Positions 1 through 9,741 of a DNA stretch of 64,000 nucleotides are shown in pieces (positions within the stretch are counted from its first letter, which is position 1; each line of letters opens with the position of its first letter). Position numbers and translations under genes: made by a program. This DNA is from Leptonemataceae bacterium (GTDB lineage: Bacteria; Spirochaetota; Leptospiria; Leptospirales; Leptonemataceae): NCBI GenBank assembly GCA_965227295.1, contig OZ245742.1, positions 3,680,001 to 3,744,000 of the forward strand, written 5' to 3'. Under the pieces are notes generated by a model. The model was not told the origin of the DNA and made no database searches. It was given only the letters and a program-made list of their open reading frames with translations.

Positions 1-3000
1 ATAGCCGCCGGTGTTGACCTGCAACGTATCGCGGACCTTCATGATCCAGACGACCGTCATGTTTACCGGACGGGTTTCGGTGCCGGTGCGCCCGTCCTTG
101 ACCTCGTCGACGCCGGTGTACACGGCTTCGAAATTCGCGAATCCGTTGCCCAGGTCCGCATAGTAAGGAGGGCCGTTGAAAATCGGTCCGGTGCTTCGCC
201 CGCGCAGGTAGTGCGTGTGGTCCTCGAACTGATCGTCCTCGAACGTGCCCGACGTCGTATCGCCGCGCAAAAACGCGCCCTTCGTATTCCAGGTCTCTTT
301 CGGATTGTTGAGATCCGGCATGGTTTCGCCGTTGTAGATCGACTGCGGATCGATCAGCACCTGACCGTTACACTCCACCCAGCCGTCCGGCAATTGCGGC
401 GTGCCGGCAAGCGACTTGTGCCAGGCGAGAATCGTGCCCACGGGCAGATGCGAGCCGCCGGCTGCCGTGCTCTGGAACGACCCGTCGGGAAAGAGAATGC
501 CGTCGACGCCGGGGGTGCCGCCGACGTGTAACTTCGCCTGAGGAGAAGTTTGATCGATGCCGACGTTGCCGCGATCGTAGTTGATGCCGCCGCTGACCGC
601 TTCCCACTGGCCGCCCAGGCCGGTGGCGTCGATGAGCTTCGTAATGTAAACCTGTGAGTAGATTTCGTCGAGGCCGGTGATGCCCGAGGCGACACCCATG
701 TCGTTGCTGCCCCAGGAGGTTTGAATAAAGTGCTGAAGTTCGAACGTGGATTCGGAGCCGATACTGATCACGCCGGCGGCGGTGGCGATCGTGGAGTTGT
801 TCGTGCCGCTTTCGTTGAACGCCGACTGCCCGTCCAGGGCCACATTGTTCGTGGAGAGGTTGTACAGACGCAGGCGATGTACGTCGGCGCGGTAGTTCGG
901 TGCCGTGGCCAGTACACGGTACGTGCCCGGCGGTAAGGTAATCTGATTCGAATCTAAGGATACCCCGTCCAGGTTTGTGGCGACCGTATTCAGGTCCCGG
1001 GTGTTCCAGGAGTTTCCGACGGCTGTGCCGCCCTGGGTGGCCGACGGCTTGCGGTCTTCGAACAACGCATAGCCCGCCGTGGGTTCGACGAACGAGCCCA
1101 GGGTGACCTTCATGATCCACACCACGGCCATGTTCGCCGGGCGAGTTTCCATGCCGTAGCGCGGATTGCCGTTGATTTGATCATTCACCGGCCGTGTGCT
1201 CATGTGTTCAGCGACGGGGGAGTTGTTATCACCACCTCCGGCGCCGGTGTTATTCTGAGGATACTGACCTTCATTCGTGCCGGCATGAGGATACACGCGG
1301 TGAATGTGTCCCTGAAACGTATCCTGTTGCGGAGTGCCGCCGCTCGTGTTGCCGCCGCGGAGAAAGAGACCGCCTTCGTTCCAGGTATCCAGGGGATTGT
1401 TTAAATCCGGCGTGTTCATGCCGACGTACGGCGAATCCGGGTCCGTGATCTCCTGTCCATCACACTCCAACCAGCCGGGCGGGAGCGGTGGTATGCTGCC
1501 GTCGAAGTTCTTGTGCCACGCCAGGATCGTACCCAGCGGTAGATTGTCACCGCCGGAGATGGCGCCGTTCCCGCCGCCGCCCGCGGTGGTTTGCACGGAG
1601 CCGTCGGGAAAACGAATGCCCCCCGCCGTTGTTTCGATGACACCGCCGACGGTGAGCCGGGACGTGGGATTGTCCGTGCCCACGCCGACATTGCCGCTGC
1701 CGCTTTGAATGTAGAGTACGGACTGTTCCGAGGCGGAGAGGGCTTCTTCCGGATTAGAAGTTACTGAGGGATCATTAGCGGCGAAGCGCCGGATGAGATC
1801 GCGGCCGGGCAGGGCGAGGGTGGTATAGCTGCGATTGTTGTAGATGTCGAGGACTTCCGCTTCGGAGAGCCCGGAGTTGTAGACGCGCACGTCGTCCAGT
1901 TCACCGAACAGACCGCCGCCGGCATGAAAGGCCGCGGCGAGGCGCTTCGGATTCGCAAGGCTGACGGGTTCGGTCCGCGGCGGCACGTACGGATTCCCGG
2001 TGATGAAATCATTCGTGATGCGCTGGCCGTTGACGTAGGCCTCGAAGTCGGAGCCGCGGCGCGCGAGTACGAAGTGCGTCCAGATGCCGCGCGGATCGGG
2101 GATGACTGTTTGATACTGGGTGTAGACCGAAACGCCGGTGTAGTACACGAAGTGCCGTACGGTGGGCACGCCGGAGTTGATGTCCACTTCCAGGCCGAAG
2201 CTGTCGTCGACGATGCTGCCGTCTCCGCGAAAATCCAGGAAGACGTAGACGCCGTCACCGGCGCTCGCGTCGATTCTCACCCAGGCCATCACGGTAAAAT
2301 CGTTGAGGCTCGCCGGTGAATTGAAGGCCGGAACCGAGACGTACTCGTCCCCCGTGCCGGATTGCAGCGCCAGGTCGAAGCGGCCGGGCACCCAGGTCGT
2401 TCCGCCGACGGTCGTGCCGTTGTAGCCGTTGCCCGAGGTATCCAGGATGTTCGCCCCGGAGCCCTCGTCGAAGTTGTACGCGGCCAGCATGCCGTCGATG
2501 CGCCGCACGAAGACGTTGTCCGCCGACGTCGATGTCACGGCGTCCGGGTTGCCGTAGTACATGTAAATCGTGCGCGTACTGCCGCCGCTCAGGGTCGACA
2601 AGCGCACCCAGACGATTGTCGTGGCCGTGTTCACCCCGCTCTCGATCCAGTGCGGCAGGGCCGTGAGTTCGTCGTTGTCGAGGAACAATAGATCGCCGGC
2701 GTCCGCGCGCAGTTTGCCCGCGCCGATGAGGGCCGCCGTGTCGATCGTAAACTTTATCTGAAAATTACTTAAGGTTGATCCGTTGGCCGTGTTGTCGATC
2801 ACCAGGGGCATGCGATACGAGCGTCCGGCGACGCCCTGGATGGTGGCATCCACGCGCAGCGGCGTGTCGAGCGCATTCACCGAACGTACTCGCAGTCCGT
2901 CCTCGATTTCCAGAACGCCCGAGCTGTGGTCCGACTGGATGCGTCCGGCAATCGTAACGGTGTCTTCGTCCTGATCGCCCAGCAAAACGTCGCCGGGGAC

Positions 3001-4845
3001 CTGCTCGGTTTCTTTTGCGATGACATCGCCCCGCACGGTGAAGTTGCCTTTGACCTCTAAGTCGCCTTCGATGACATCGCCGGCGCGGTTGACCTTGATT
3101 TCGCCGAGGGTATCCAGGGCCTGGGCCACCGTTTCGACCCCGTCCATCAAATCATTGCTATCCGGGTCCGGAACCGGGGCGGGGCTGTGTTCCGTTGCCG
3201 TGCTGATGTTCTTGTGAGCACGAAAACGAACCACGGACTTCGTGGGATTGCCGTCCGCGTCGAGTAAGGTTGCCTGGGCTTGCTGGATGTCGCGCGCGGC
3301 GCCGGTGGTCCAGGTCACCGCGGCGATCCCGTCGGCGTCGGCGATGACGTTCACCGGGCTGCCGGTGTTGCCGGCGTCGGACGCGTCCGTGAGCGAACCC
3401 GCCCCGTCCACAATCTGAAAACGTACGGTGGACCCCGGCACCGGCTCCCGTCCCGCCGCCACGACGACCCGCAGTTCTTCCTGCAACGTCGCATTGGGCA
3501 GCAACGATTGGCCGTCCCCGCCGGCATAGTTCAGCACGGCGTCGCTCAGGGCCGGAAAGATGTGTCGCGCATCGGCGATTTCGCTAAACGTACCGCCGGT
3601 TAATCTTAGAAATCCCAGGCGCGCGTAGTGCCGCGTATTTTCGCTCCGCAGAGCGGCCGGTCCGGAGGCGGCCATGGGCCATTCAATGTTGCGGTTGGTA
3701 ACGCGGGCGGGAATCATCCAGTAGTCGCCGCTGCGATACAGACGTCCGGACGCCGCCGTATCGAAGGCGACTTCGATCCCGGCATCGAGTTCGAAAAACT
3801 CGCCGTCTTCCGGTACCGCGGGTTCGGCAAGCACGCTGATCGTATCCCAGAGTCGCAGTCGCCGGACTCCACGGTTGAAATCGTTAATATCCAGGGAAGT
3901 AATGCTAACATCGTAGTGTGCGATGCTGTCGGGATCGATGGTCAGGCTGTTCCCACTGACGGCGACGATTCGCGCAAGTGTGCCGGGCCGGCCTTCGAGT
4001 TCCAGGCCCTCATCAATGATCTCAATCCACTTGCCGGCCTGGAAGTCCGTCTCGCGATCCCGGCCGGTTCCGCGTACCGTGAGGGTGATGCCGTCGGATT
4101 CCAGGGCCAGCCACTCGCTTACGATTGTGCCGTTGTTGCGCGACCATTTGTACGTGGCGGTACCGGGCGCGCCCCCGTTGTGAATCTCCACTCGATAGAG
4201 AAGATTGTCCGATCCCGTGTAACCGCCGCGGGCGCCGATCTCGCACGGATCGGTGGAAACGCCGTCAGCGGCGGTGCGGGCCGTGAGCCGCCCGCGCGAG
4301 CTTTCCGCGTCGGCGTTGATCAATGTCGTCCACTCGGGAGGAATCGATGCCGCCGTGTAGTTCGCATCGGCGAGCTCCAGTAACTTCACCTGATGTAAGA
4401 TTTGCACCCGCGCGCTGCCGTCGATACCGCCCAGGGCGATCTCGCGGATGGCCGGATCTTCCAGCCAGGTAACTCCGCGGCGCCGGACTTCCAGGTAAGC
4501 CAGATACACGCCGTCATTCGCGGGCAGGGCGCTGCCGGGTAAATCAGCTTGTTCTGTGAAGAGAACGTCGGCGGCGTTTTCGCAGAGCAGGCCTTCGAGA
4601 TAAAAACGTCCCGCTGAAATCGTAAGGTCGGAGCCGGAGCCGTTCGGGCTTACGTGAAAACCTCCGTCCTCCCGCGGCGCACCGGAGCGGCCGATGCCGT
4701 CCCGAGCGAGGAGTGTGTCCCGGCGTACCGTCAGGTCGGCTTGCTCGTTCCAGTCGGCGTCCGTGAGGATGCGCCCCTGCTGCTGGCGCACAGATTCGTA
4801 GTTACGATCCGGCTGTAAAGAGTTCCGGGAAATGTCGGTTTTCAT
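1..4845 (-). CDS. Large DUF6519-family tail-fibre-like protein (DUF6519, Ig-like, DUF2341 with nested LamG, 2x tail collar, C1q-like domain); 3' end beyond window
   Basis: ATG at 4845 with GGAG upstream. The frame appears open to base 1: translated segments have no stop and the track lists no terminated ORF in this frame. Translates MKTDISRNSLQPDRNYESVRQQQGRILTDADWNEQ...GGYTGSDNLLYRVEIH...TYKWSRNNG (DUF6519-type), TIVWVRLSTLSGGSTRTIYMYYGNP (DUF2341), AYNFDEGSG...GELDDVRVYNSGLS (LamG), and LP(L/V)GTILAWHK...GW(L/V)EC(D/N)GQ...ETRP(A/V)NM(A/T)VVWIMKV twice (collar). Confidence 0.85.
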   Translation of the reverse strand, partial: MKTDISRNSLQPDRNYESVRQQQGRILTDADWNEQADLTVRRDTLLARDGIGRSGAPREDGGFHVSPNGSGSDLTISAGRFYLEGLLCENAADVLFTEQADLPGSALPANDGVYLAYLEVRRRGVTWLEDPAIREIALGGIDGSARVQILHQVKLLELADANYTAASIPPEWTTLINADAESSRGRLTARTAADGVSTDPCEIGARGGYTGSDNLLYRVEIHNGGAPGTATYKWSRNNGTIVSEWLALESDGITLTVRGTGRDRETDFQAGKWIEIIDEGLELEGRPGTLARIVAVSGNSLTIDPDSIAHYDVSITSLDINDFNRGVRRLRLWDTISVLAEPAVPEDGEFFELDAGIEVAFDTAASGRLYRSGDYWMIPARVTNRNIEWPMAASGPAALRSENTRHYARLGFLRLTGGTFSEIADARHIFPALSDAVLNYAGGDGQSLLPNATLQEELRVVVAAGREPVPGSTVRFQIVDGAGSLTDASDAGNTGSPVNVIADADGIAAVTWTTGAARDIQQAQATLLDADGNPTKSVVRFRAHKNISTATEHSPAPVPDPDSNDLMDGVETVAQALDTLGEIKVNRAGDVIEGDLEVKGNFTVRGDVIAKETEQVPGDVLLGDQDEDTVTIAGRIQSDHSSGVLEIEDGLRVRSVNALDTPLRVDATIQGVAGRSYRMPLVIDNTANGSTLSNFQIKFTIDTAALIGAGKLRADAGDLLFLDNDELTALPHWIESGVNTATTIVWVRLSTLSGGSTRTIYMYYGNPDAVTSTSADNVFVRRIDGMLAAYNFDEGSGANILDTSGNGYNGTTVGGTTWVPGRFDLALQSGTGDEYVSVPAFNSPASLNDFTVMAWVRIDASAGDGVYVFLDFRGDGSIVDDSFGLEVDINSGVPTVRHFVYYTGVSVYTQYQTVIPDPRGIWTHFVLARRGSDFEAYVNGQRITNDFITGNPYVPPRTEPVSLANPKRLAAAFHAGGGLFGELDDVRVYNSGLSEAEVLDIYNNRSYTTLALPGRDLIRRFAANDPSVTSNPEEALSASEQSVLYIQSGSGNVGVGTDNPTSRLTVGGVIETTAGGIRFPDGSVQTTAGGGGNGAISGGDNLPLGTILAWHKNFDGSIPPLPPGWLECDGQEITDPDSPYVGMNTPDLNNPLDTWNEGGLFLRGGNTSGGTPQQDTFQGHIHRVYPHAGTNEGQYPQNNTGAGGGDNNSPVAEHMSTRPVNDQINGNPRYGMETRPANMAVVWIMKVTLGSFVEPTAGYALFEDRKPSATQGGTAVGNSWNTRDLNTVATNLDGVSLDSNQITLPPGTYRVLATAPNYRADVHRLRLYNLSTNNVALDGQSAFNESGTNNSTIATAAGVISIGSESTFELQHFIQTSWGSNDMGVASGITGLDEIYSQVYITKLIDATGLGGQWEAVSGGINYDRGNVGIDQTSPQAKLHVGGTPGVDGILFPDGSFQSTAAGGSHLPVGTILAWHKSLAGTPQLPDGWVECNGQVLIDPQSIYNGETMPDLNNPKETWNTKGAFLRGDTTSGTFEDDQFEDHTHYLRGRSTGPIFNGPPYYADLGNGFANFEAVYTGVDEVKDGRTGTETRPVNMTVVWIMKVRDTLQVNTGGY

Positions 4846-5002
4846 ACTGCGTCTCCGGTCCGCAGTACGCGGGTACGATCGATCGTCGCAACCGGCTCTT
4901 GCTGTGAGATCTATCGTGTTCGGGTTTTATCCGCGTGAATTGTATATGTTTACCGGAGGACGGCTTTACGGAGCAGAGTGTGCAGGAAAGCATGGTTGTC
5001 GC

Positions 5003-5422
5003 ATGAACTACTGGCTGATCAAGAGCGAACCCTATGAATACAGCTTCGCGGACCTGGAACGCGAAGGGGAATCCATGTGGGACGGCATCCGGAACTACCA
5101 GGCCCGCAACAATCTGCGCGAAATGAAAAAAGGCGACAAACTCTTGTTCTATCACAGCAACGAGGGCCTGGAGATCGTCGGCATTGCGAAAGTGGTGAAG
5201 GCGGCGTATCCGGATCCCACGGTCAAGGCCGACGCGAAACAAAAGGACTGGTCCGCCGTCGACGTGGCCCCGGTGAAACGGCTGAAACGCGGCGTGAGTC
5301 TCAAAGAAGTTAAGGCCGATCCCGTGTTGAAAGAGAGCGCCCTGGTGAAGAACTCGCGGTTGTCCGTGCAGCCGTTTACGAAAGAGCAATTCGATCGCGT
5401 GGTGGAGCTGTCTAAGAGTTGA
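5003..5422 (+). CDS. EVE domain protein
   Basis: MNYWLIKSEP...WDGIRNYQARNNLREMKKGDKLLFYHS...RLSVQP are EVE motifs; ATG 5003 preferred over the track start. Confidence 0.92.
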   Translation: MNYWLIKSEPYEYSFADLEREGESMWDGIRNYQARNNLREMKKGDKLLFYHSNEGLEIVGIAKVVKAAYPDPTVKADAKQKDWSAVDVAPVKRLKRGVSLKEVKADPVLKESALVKNSRLSVQPFTKEQFDRVVELSKS

Positions 5423-5548
5423 TCAACCACCGAGGCTCCGAGGTCACCGGGGAAGATTGGGGAGCGCGTACGTACTGGAATTGCGCGCCGGCTACGATCA
5501 CGCTCTACTTCTTTTTGTCTCGGCGCCCTCGGTGTCTCGGTGGTTGAT
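5422..5548. repeat. REP-like imperfect inverted repeat, ACCACCGAGG family, copy 1
   Basis: 5422-5443 atcaaccaccgaggctccgagg matches the reverse complement of 5527-5548 at 20/22; lies between convergent genes and overlaps the tag 3' end. Confidence 0.8.
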
Positions 5549-6131
5549 TCCTGATTTTCTCGTAACAATGGCAGTCGATCGTATGATCGTTCACCATGCC
5601 CACGGCCTGCATGAACGCATACACGATCGTCGGGCCCACGAACTTGAAGCCGCGCTGTTTCAGTTCCTTGCTCATGGCCTGCGCTTCTTTCGTTTCGGTG
5701 GGCACCTGCTTGATGTTCTTCCAGGCGTTCTGGATCGGCCGGCCGTCCACGAAGTCCCACAGAAAATCGGCGAAGGATCCGAGTTCGTCGCGTAGTTTTA
5801 AGTATGCCTTCGCATTGCCGATGAACGCGTCGATCTTCAAACGATTGCGCACGATGCCCTCGTTCTTTAACAGCGCCTCACGTTTCTTTTGCGTGTAGCG
5901 CGCCATCTTTTCGGCGTCGAATTGATCGAAGGCCTTGCGATAGCCGTCGCGTTTTTTTAAGATGATGAACCAGCTCAGGCCGGCCTGGGCGCCGTCCAGC
6001 AGTAACTTCTCGAACAGCGCGCGGTCGTCGTACTCCGGCACGCCCCATTCGGTGTCATGGTAGTGCTCGTACATCTCATTGCCTGCGGGAACCCAGGCGC
6101 AACGGATGATGGGATTCTTCGATTCAGGCAT
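5505..6131 (-). CDS. tag: DNA-3-methyladenine glycosylase I
   Basis: RCAW...YHDTEWGVP...LFEKLLLDGAQAGLSW...GFKFVGPTIVYAFMQAVGMVNDH. Confidence 0.93.
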   Translation of the reverse strand: MPESKNPIIRCAWVPAGNEMYEHYHDTEWGVPEYDDRALFEKLLLDGAQAGLSWFIILKKRDGYRKAFDQFDAEKMARYTQKKREALLKNEGIVRNRLKIDAFIGNAKAYLKLRDELGSFADFLWDFVDGRPIQNAWKNIKQVPTETKEAQAMSKELKQRGFKFVGPTIVYAFMQAVGMVNDHTIDCHCYEKIRNQPPRHRGRRDKKK

Positions 6132-6795
6132 CAAACGAACACGCAATGATTCTGCTGATGTGTGCGAACGGTCGTCCGCTTTCTTGCTGCCACGTACCAA
6201 ACGCGTCCTGCACGGCGGCCCAGTCGCGTTTCGATGACGGATCTTTTTTTACGACGCCCTGGTGAATCAAATAGCCCGTAACATCCTTCGAAAGCAGGAA
6301 GGTGTCCTTGCCCATGCCGCGCAGAAAGTAGAGGCCGGAGTTTCCGCCCAGGCGTGAGGCCCGCTTTTTTAGAAGATCGCGGAGTCCGACGATGTCCGTC
6401 GCCGGCCAATCGGCCACGAACTTCGCGAAGCTCCCGTGTTCTTTCTGAATGTCCGTGATGAATACCGCGTTCGCCCGTACGGTTTTGATCTTCATGAAAT
6501 TGCGCACGATGCTCGCGTCGGCGGCGAGTTTTTCCAGGGCCTCGTCGCTCAGTCGCGCGCACTTGCGCGGATCAAAGCCGGCGAAGGCGCGCTCGAAGTT
6601 CGGCCACTTGTTCTCAATGACCTGCCAGGAAAAACCCGCGCGAAAGACACAGGCGGTCATCTCCGCCAGGAAACGATCGTCGGGTATATTGCTCAGTTGT
6701 TTCGCGGATCTGACTTTCGGAAGGAGCTTTTCCAGTTCCTGTTCACCGCCCTTGCGTTTGGCAGCGCGGGCATAGATTCTTGCGAAGGGCTCCAT
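6124..6795 (-). CDS. DNA-3-methyladenine glycosylase I-like paralog
   Basis: DDRFLAEMTACVFRAGFSWQVIENKWPNFERAF...IVRNFMKI...RLGG...YFLRGMGKDTF. Confidence 0.85.
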   Translation of the reverse strand: MEPFARIYARAAKRKGGEQELEKLLPKVRSAKQLSNIPDDRFLAEMTACVFRAGFSWQVIENKWPNFERAFAGFDPRKCARLSDEALEKLAADASIVRNFMKIKTVRANAVFITDIQKEHGSFAKFVADWPATDIVGLRDLLKKRASRLGGNSGLYFLRGMGKDTFLLSKDVTGYLIHQGVVKKDPSSKRDWAAVQDAFGTWQQESGRPFAHISRIIACSFDA

Positions 6796-6854
6796 GAATC
6801 AGCAGCATTTGCCGGCACGTTCCTTCCTGCAAGAATAGCTTTGCCGCCGGCGTC

Positions 6855-7469
6855 TCAATGTGCGCCGGCGACCACGAACGCCGGAATCAAACGTTCCAGG
6901 TTTCGCATTTGTTCGTTCAGGTATTCGGGGCTGTTGTAGCTCTTGGCCACCGTGAGACTGCCCTGGATGTGCGTGTAGATGCAACGCGCGGCAGCCTCGG
7001 CGTCCAGGTCTTCGAGGTCGCCGCTTTCCGCGGCATCGCGCAGCGTAGAGGTCAGCAGGGAGATGATGAGATCGTTCCAGCGCGTGCCGGCCACGCGCAC
7101 GTTCTCATGGCGGGTACCGACTTCGACACCAAGGTTTCCGAAGGGACAACCGCAGATGTGGCCGGTCTCTTCGCGTTTTTGCATCTGTGCCTCGACGATG
7201 TATCGGGACAGGCGCTCCAGGCGTTCCAGCGGGGGGATATCGTCGGCGAAGACGTGCTCGCGTAGATGATCCTCCTGGCCGCGGAGGTTCTCGTCCATCA
7301 CCTCAAGCATCAGCGCTTCCTTTGTACGAAAGAAGTAGTAGAAGCTGCCCTTGTTCATTCCAGTGCTCGTGCAGATTTGATCCACGCTCACTGACTCGTA
7401 GCCGTTTTCCCAGACCAGGCGTGTGGCCGCTTCCAGAAGGCGTTTCCGTCCGTCACTGCGTTTACCCAT
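6855..7469 (-). CDS. TetR/AcrR family regulator (NemR-like C-terminus)
   Basis: HTH GYESVSVDQIC...KGSFYYFFRTKE and a GCPFGNL motif. Confidence 0.9.
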   Translation of the reverse strand: MGKRSDGRKRLLEAATRLVWENGYESVSVDQICTSTGMNKGSFYYFFRTKEALMLEVMDENLRGQEDHLREHVFADDIPPLERLERLSRYIVEAQMQKREETGHICGCPFGNLGVEVGTRHENVRVAGTRWNDLIISLLTSTLRDAAESGDLEDLDAEAAARCIYTHIQGSLTVAKSYNSPEYLNEQMRNLERLIPAFVVAGAH

Positions 7470-7646
7470 AATGAAAATCTCCGAAAATTATACAATCGGT
7501 CAACAGGATTACGGCGTGGTCATTAGACAACCGGCCGATCAGGCGGACCGAACCTGTTAAAAATGACAATTTCGACGGAGATTTTTGCGTACAAAATTAG
7601 AAAAGTGTGTGTGGGGGGGAGGCTATCGGTTGATCGATTCCCCACC

Positions 7647-7790
7647 GAGCGCGAAGCGCGGAGGGGAACGCCTGGGCGCATCGCCGCTATGCGGCGACCG
7701 GGCTTTCCAGGGCTCCGCTACGCTTCGGTCCTGCGCGCTTCGCGCTCCGGACTCGCGGCTAACGCCGCGACCCTTACAATCCCTTGCGCG
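7647..7790. repeat. Multi-hairpin REP-like intergenic element
   Basis: Perfect 14-bp IR at 7647-7660/7734-7747; hairpins tcgccgc-tat-gcggcga (7681-7697) and tcgcggc-taac-gccgcga (7753-7770). Confidence 0.6.
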
Positions 7791-7819
7791 AAGAACCGGA
7801 GCGAATGCTTCGCCCCACC

Positions 7820-9568
7820 TTACCGCGACGCGGACTGCGCCGGCGGTTCGATGGTTTTCTGGATCTTCAGATCGGCCTTGTTGAAGACCTGGATCGTCGT
7901 CTTGTCACCGGAGCGCGGTTTGCCCGTGAGATAGATCTTCTCTTTGTAGAAGGTGATGTCCGAGTAGGGGCTGACCGGATCCGAGGACTGTGCGTCCAGG
8001 GTAAGGTCGGTGTTAAAGCGTGCCAGGAAGAACTCGCCGTCCTTTTCCATGATGGCGTAGATCTTGCCGTCCTGAATGATCATCGGCGTGTCCCAGTAGA
8101 CGCGCTCGGCAGACTCTTTCGATTTATCGAGGGTCTCGGTATCCAGCATTACCAGGCGGTGCTGAGACGGATCGTCCACTTCGCCGATGTAGCCGGTTAC
8201 CAGGACGCCGGTGTCCGGCACCACGATGAAATCCCGGGAACAGATTTTCGTATAGCTGGAACGCTTGAGGGCGTCGTTCGCCGCGGCGTCGATGAACCAC
8301 AGCTCGTTGTTGTAGTGGCCGTCGTTGGTATAACGGAGAACGCGCATGAAGAGGATCTTATCCTGCACGACGTTGTCGGAGACCTCTTCCTCTTTTTCGA
8401 GAGGTTTGTTCTCTTCCTGGTCCTTCTGATCGCCGGTGGTGTCGGTCGTATCCGTCGTTGTGTTCGCGTTGGTGTCGTCGGTGTTCGTATTGACCGCGGT
8501 TTCTTCCTGCTGGTCCTTCTGCGTTTCCTCGGCGACTTCCTGTTGCTGCTCTTTGACTTCTTCTTGCTTTTGCTGGGTCTCTTCTTGCTGCTTCTGGACT
8601 TCTTCCTGCTTCTTGGCGATCTCTTCTTGTTTCTTTTCCGCTTCTTTGACGGCTTCTTCGGCTTCTTTTACGTCTGCCGGATCGGCGTTCGGATCGTCGC
8701 GCAGTTCTTCGAGGCGGCGGCCGGTGTCTTCACGCTCGCTCTCGGCCTGCTCCTGTTGTTTCTTCAGTTCTTCTTCTTGTTTCTTGAGGTCTTCTTGTTG
8801 TTTCTTCAGTTCGTCGTCTTTCTGATCGAGCTTTTCCTGTTCGTCCTCGCGACGATCGTCCGTTATCTCTTCGAATTCCTTTTTCTCGGAATCTTCGGCG
8901 TTCTTCGTTTCGTCTTCGATTTCCTTGTTGTTGAGGTCCGTTTCGCCCGGGCGTACGGCGGACTTACGCAGCGGCAGAACCATCTGCGTGTTGCCGGCCC
9001 AGTTGCGATACGTGCGGTCGATGCCGAGTTTCTCTTCGGCCACGGCGGCCGCGACTTCCTCGGAATACTTCTCGGTGATGAGCGACATGTTGCCGCGGTT
9101 GTTGGCGTTGTAGTAGAGCACGAAACGAGCGATCACGGCCGCGTCGTTTTCATCGTATTCGAACGCCTTCATTAAGTAACCGGTGAGCACGCGCTCGACC
9201 CGGTTGATGTGACCGATGCTGCTGTTCGGCTGGATCGTGATGATATCGGCGCCGTATTTGTCGCTCTCGCGGTTGAATACGCGGCGGATGGTGATGCCGT
9301 TGTTCTCTGAGCGCTGGTTTTCCACGACCTCGTCGGCCATGGTCCCCCCGGAGTTGATTTCCGCGCGGCGCTGGGCCGGGGTGAAGGGGACGTTGCTCCG
9401 GTTGACGAAGTCCACCTCGGGAGACTTGATTTCGTCCCGGTCCACGCTGGGACGATTGGTCTCACCGACCCCCGTGCCGCCGTTTTGCGGCAACAATTGT
9501 GCGCCGGGGAGCGTTAAGAAGATTACAAAAAATCCGAGAACAAAAGAAGCGATCCGTTTGCCGTTCAT
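7820..9568 (-). CDS. P83/100 family protein
   Basis: Signal peptide; GADIITI...IGHINRVERVLTGYL...YYNANNRG...YRNWAGNTQ; central K/Q/E coiled coil. Confidence 0.85.
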   Translation of the reverse strand: MNGKRIASFVLGFFVIFLTLPGAQLLPQNGGTGVGETNRPSVDRDEIKSPEVDFVNRSNVPFTPAQRRAEINSGGTMADEVVENQRSENNGITIRRVFNRESDKYGADIITIQPNSSIGHINRVERVLTGYLMKAFEYDENDAAVIARFVLYYNANNRGNMSLITEKYSEEVAAAVAEEKLGIDRTYRNWAGNTQMVLPLRKSAVRPGETDLNNKEIEDETKNAEDSEKKEFEEITDDRREDEQEKLDQKDDELKKQQEDLKKQEEELKKQQEQAESEREDTGRRLEELRDDPNADPADVKEAEEAVKEAEKKQEEIAKKQEEVQKQQEETQQKQEEVKEQQQEVAEETQKDQQEETAVNTNTDDTNANTTTDTTDTTGDQKDQEENKPLEKEEEVSDNVVQDKILFMRVLRYTNDGHYNNELWFIDAAANDALKRSSYTKICSRDFIVVPDTGVLVTGYIGEVDDPSQHRLVMLDTETLDKSKESAERVYWDTPMIIQDGKIYAIMEKDGEFFLARFNTDLTLDAQSSDPVSPYSDITFYKEKIYLTGKPRSGDKTTIQVFNKADLKIQKTIEPPAQSASR

Positions 9569-9741
9569 GTGCGTGAGTATCCGTGAATAAAGATCGAGCG
9601 TTGCCCGTATTACATAGGATCGGAACGCGGGGCGTCAAATTGTATTTCCCGATTCACGAATTCCCGGTGATTTCCCTGAAAAAATTCTTGCTGTGCCCGC
9701 CGCGGTTTCCGACATAATCAGGTCGATTTAACGCGGTTCCT

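Noticed and set aside
211..4383. Many short track ORFs on both strands
   Set aside because: Shadows of the single minus-strand frame 4845 to <1
7784..9175. 463-aa Leu/Phe-rich plus-strand ORF
   Set aside because: Antisense shadow of the P83/100 K/E/Q coiled coil
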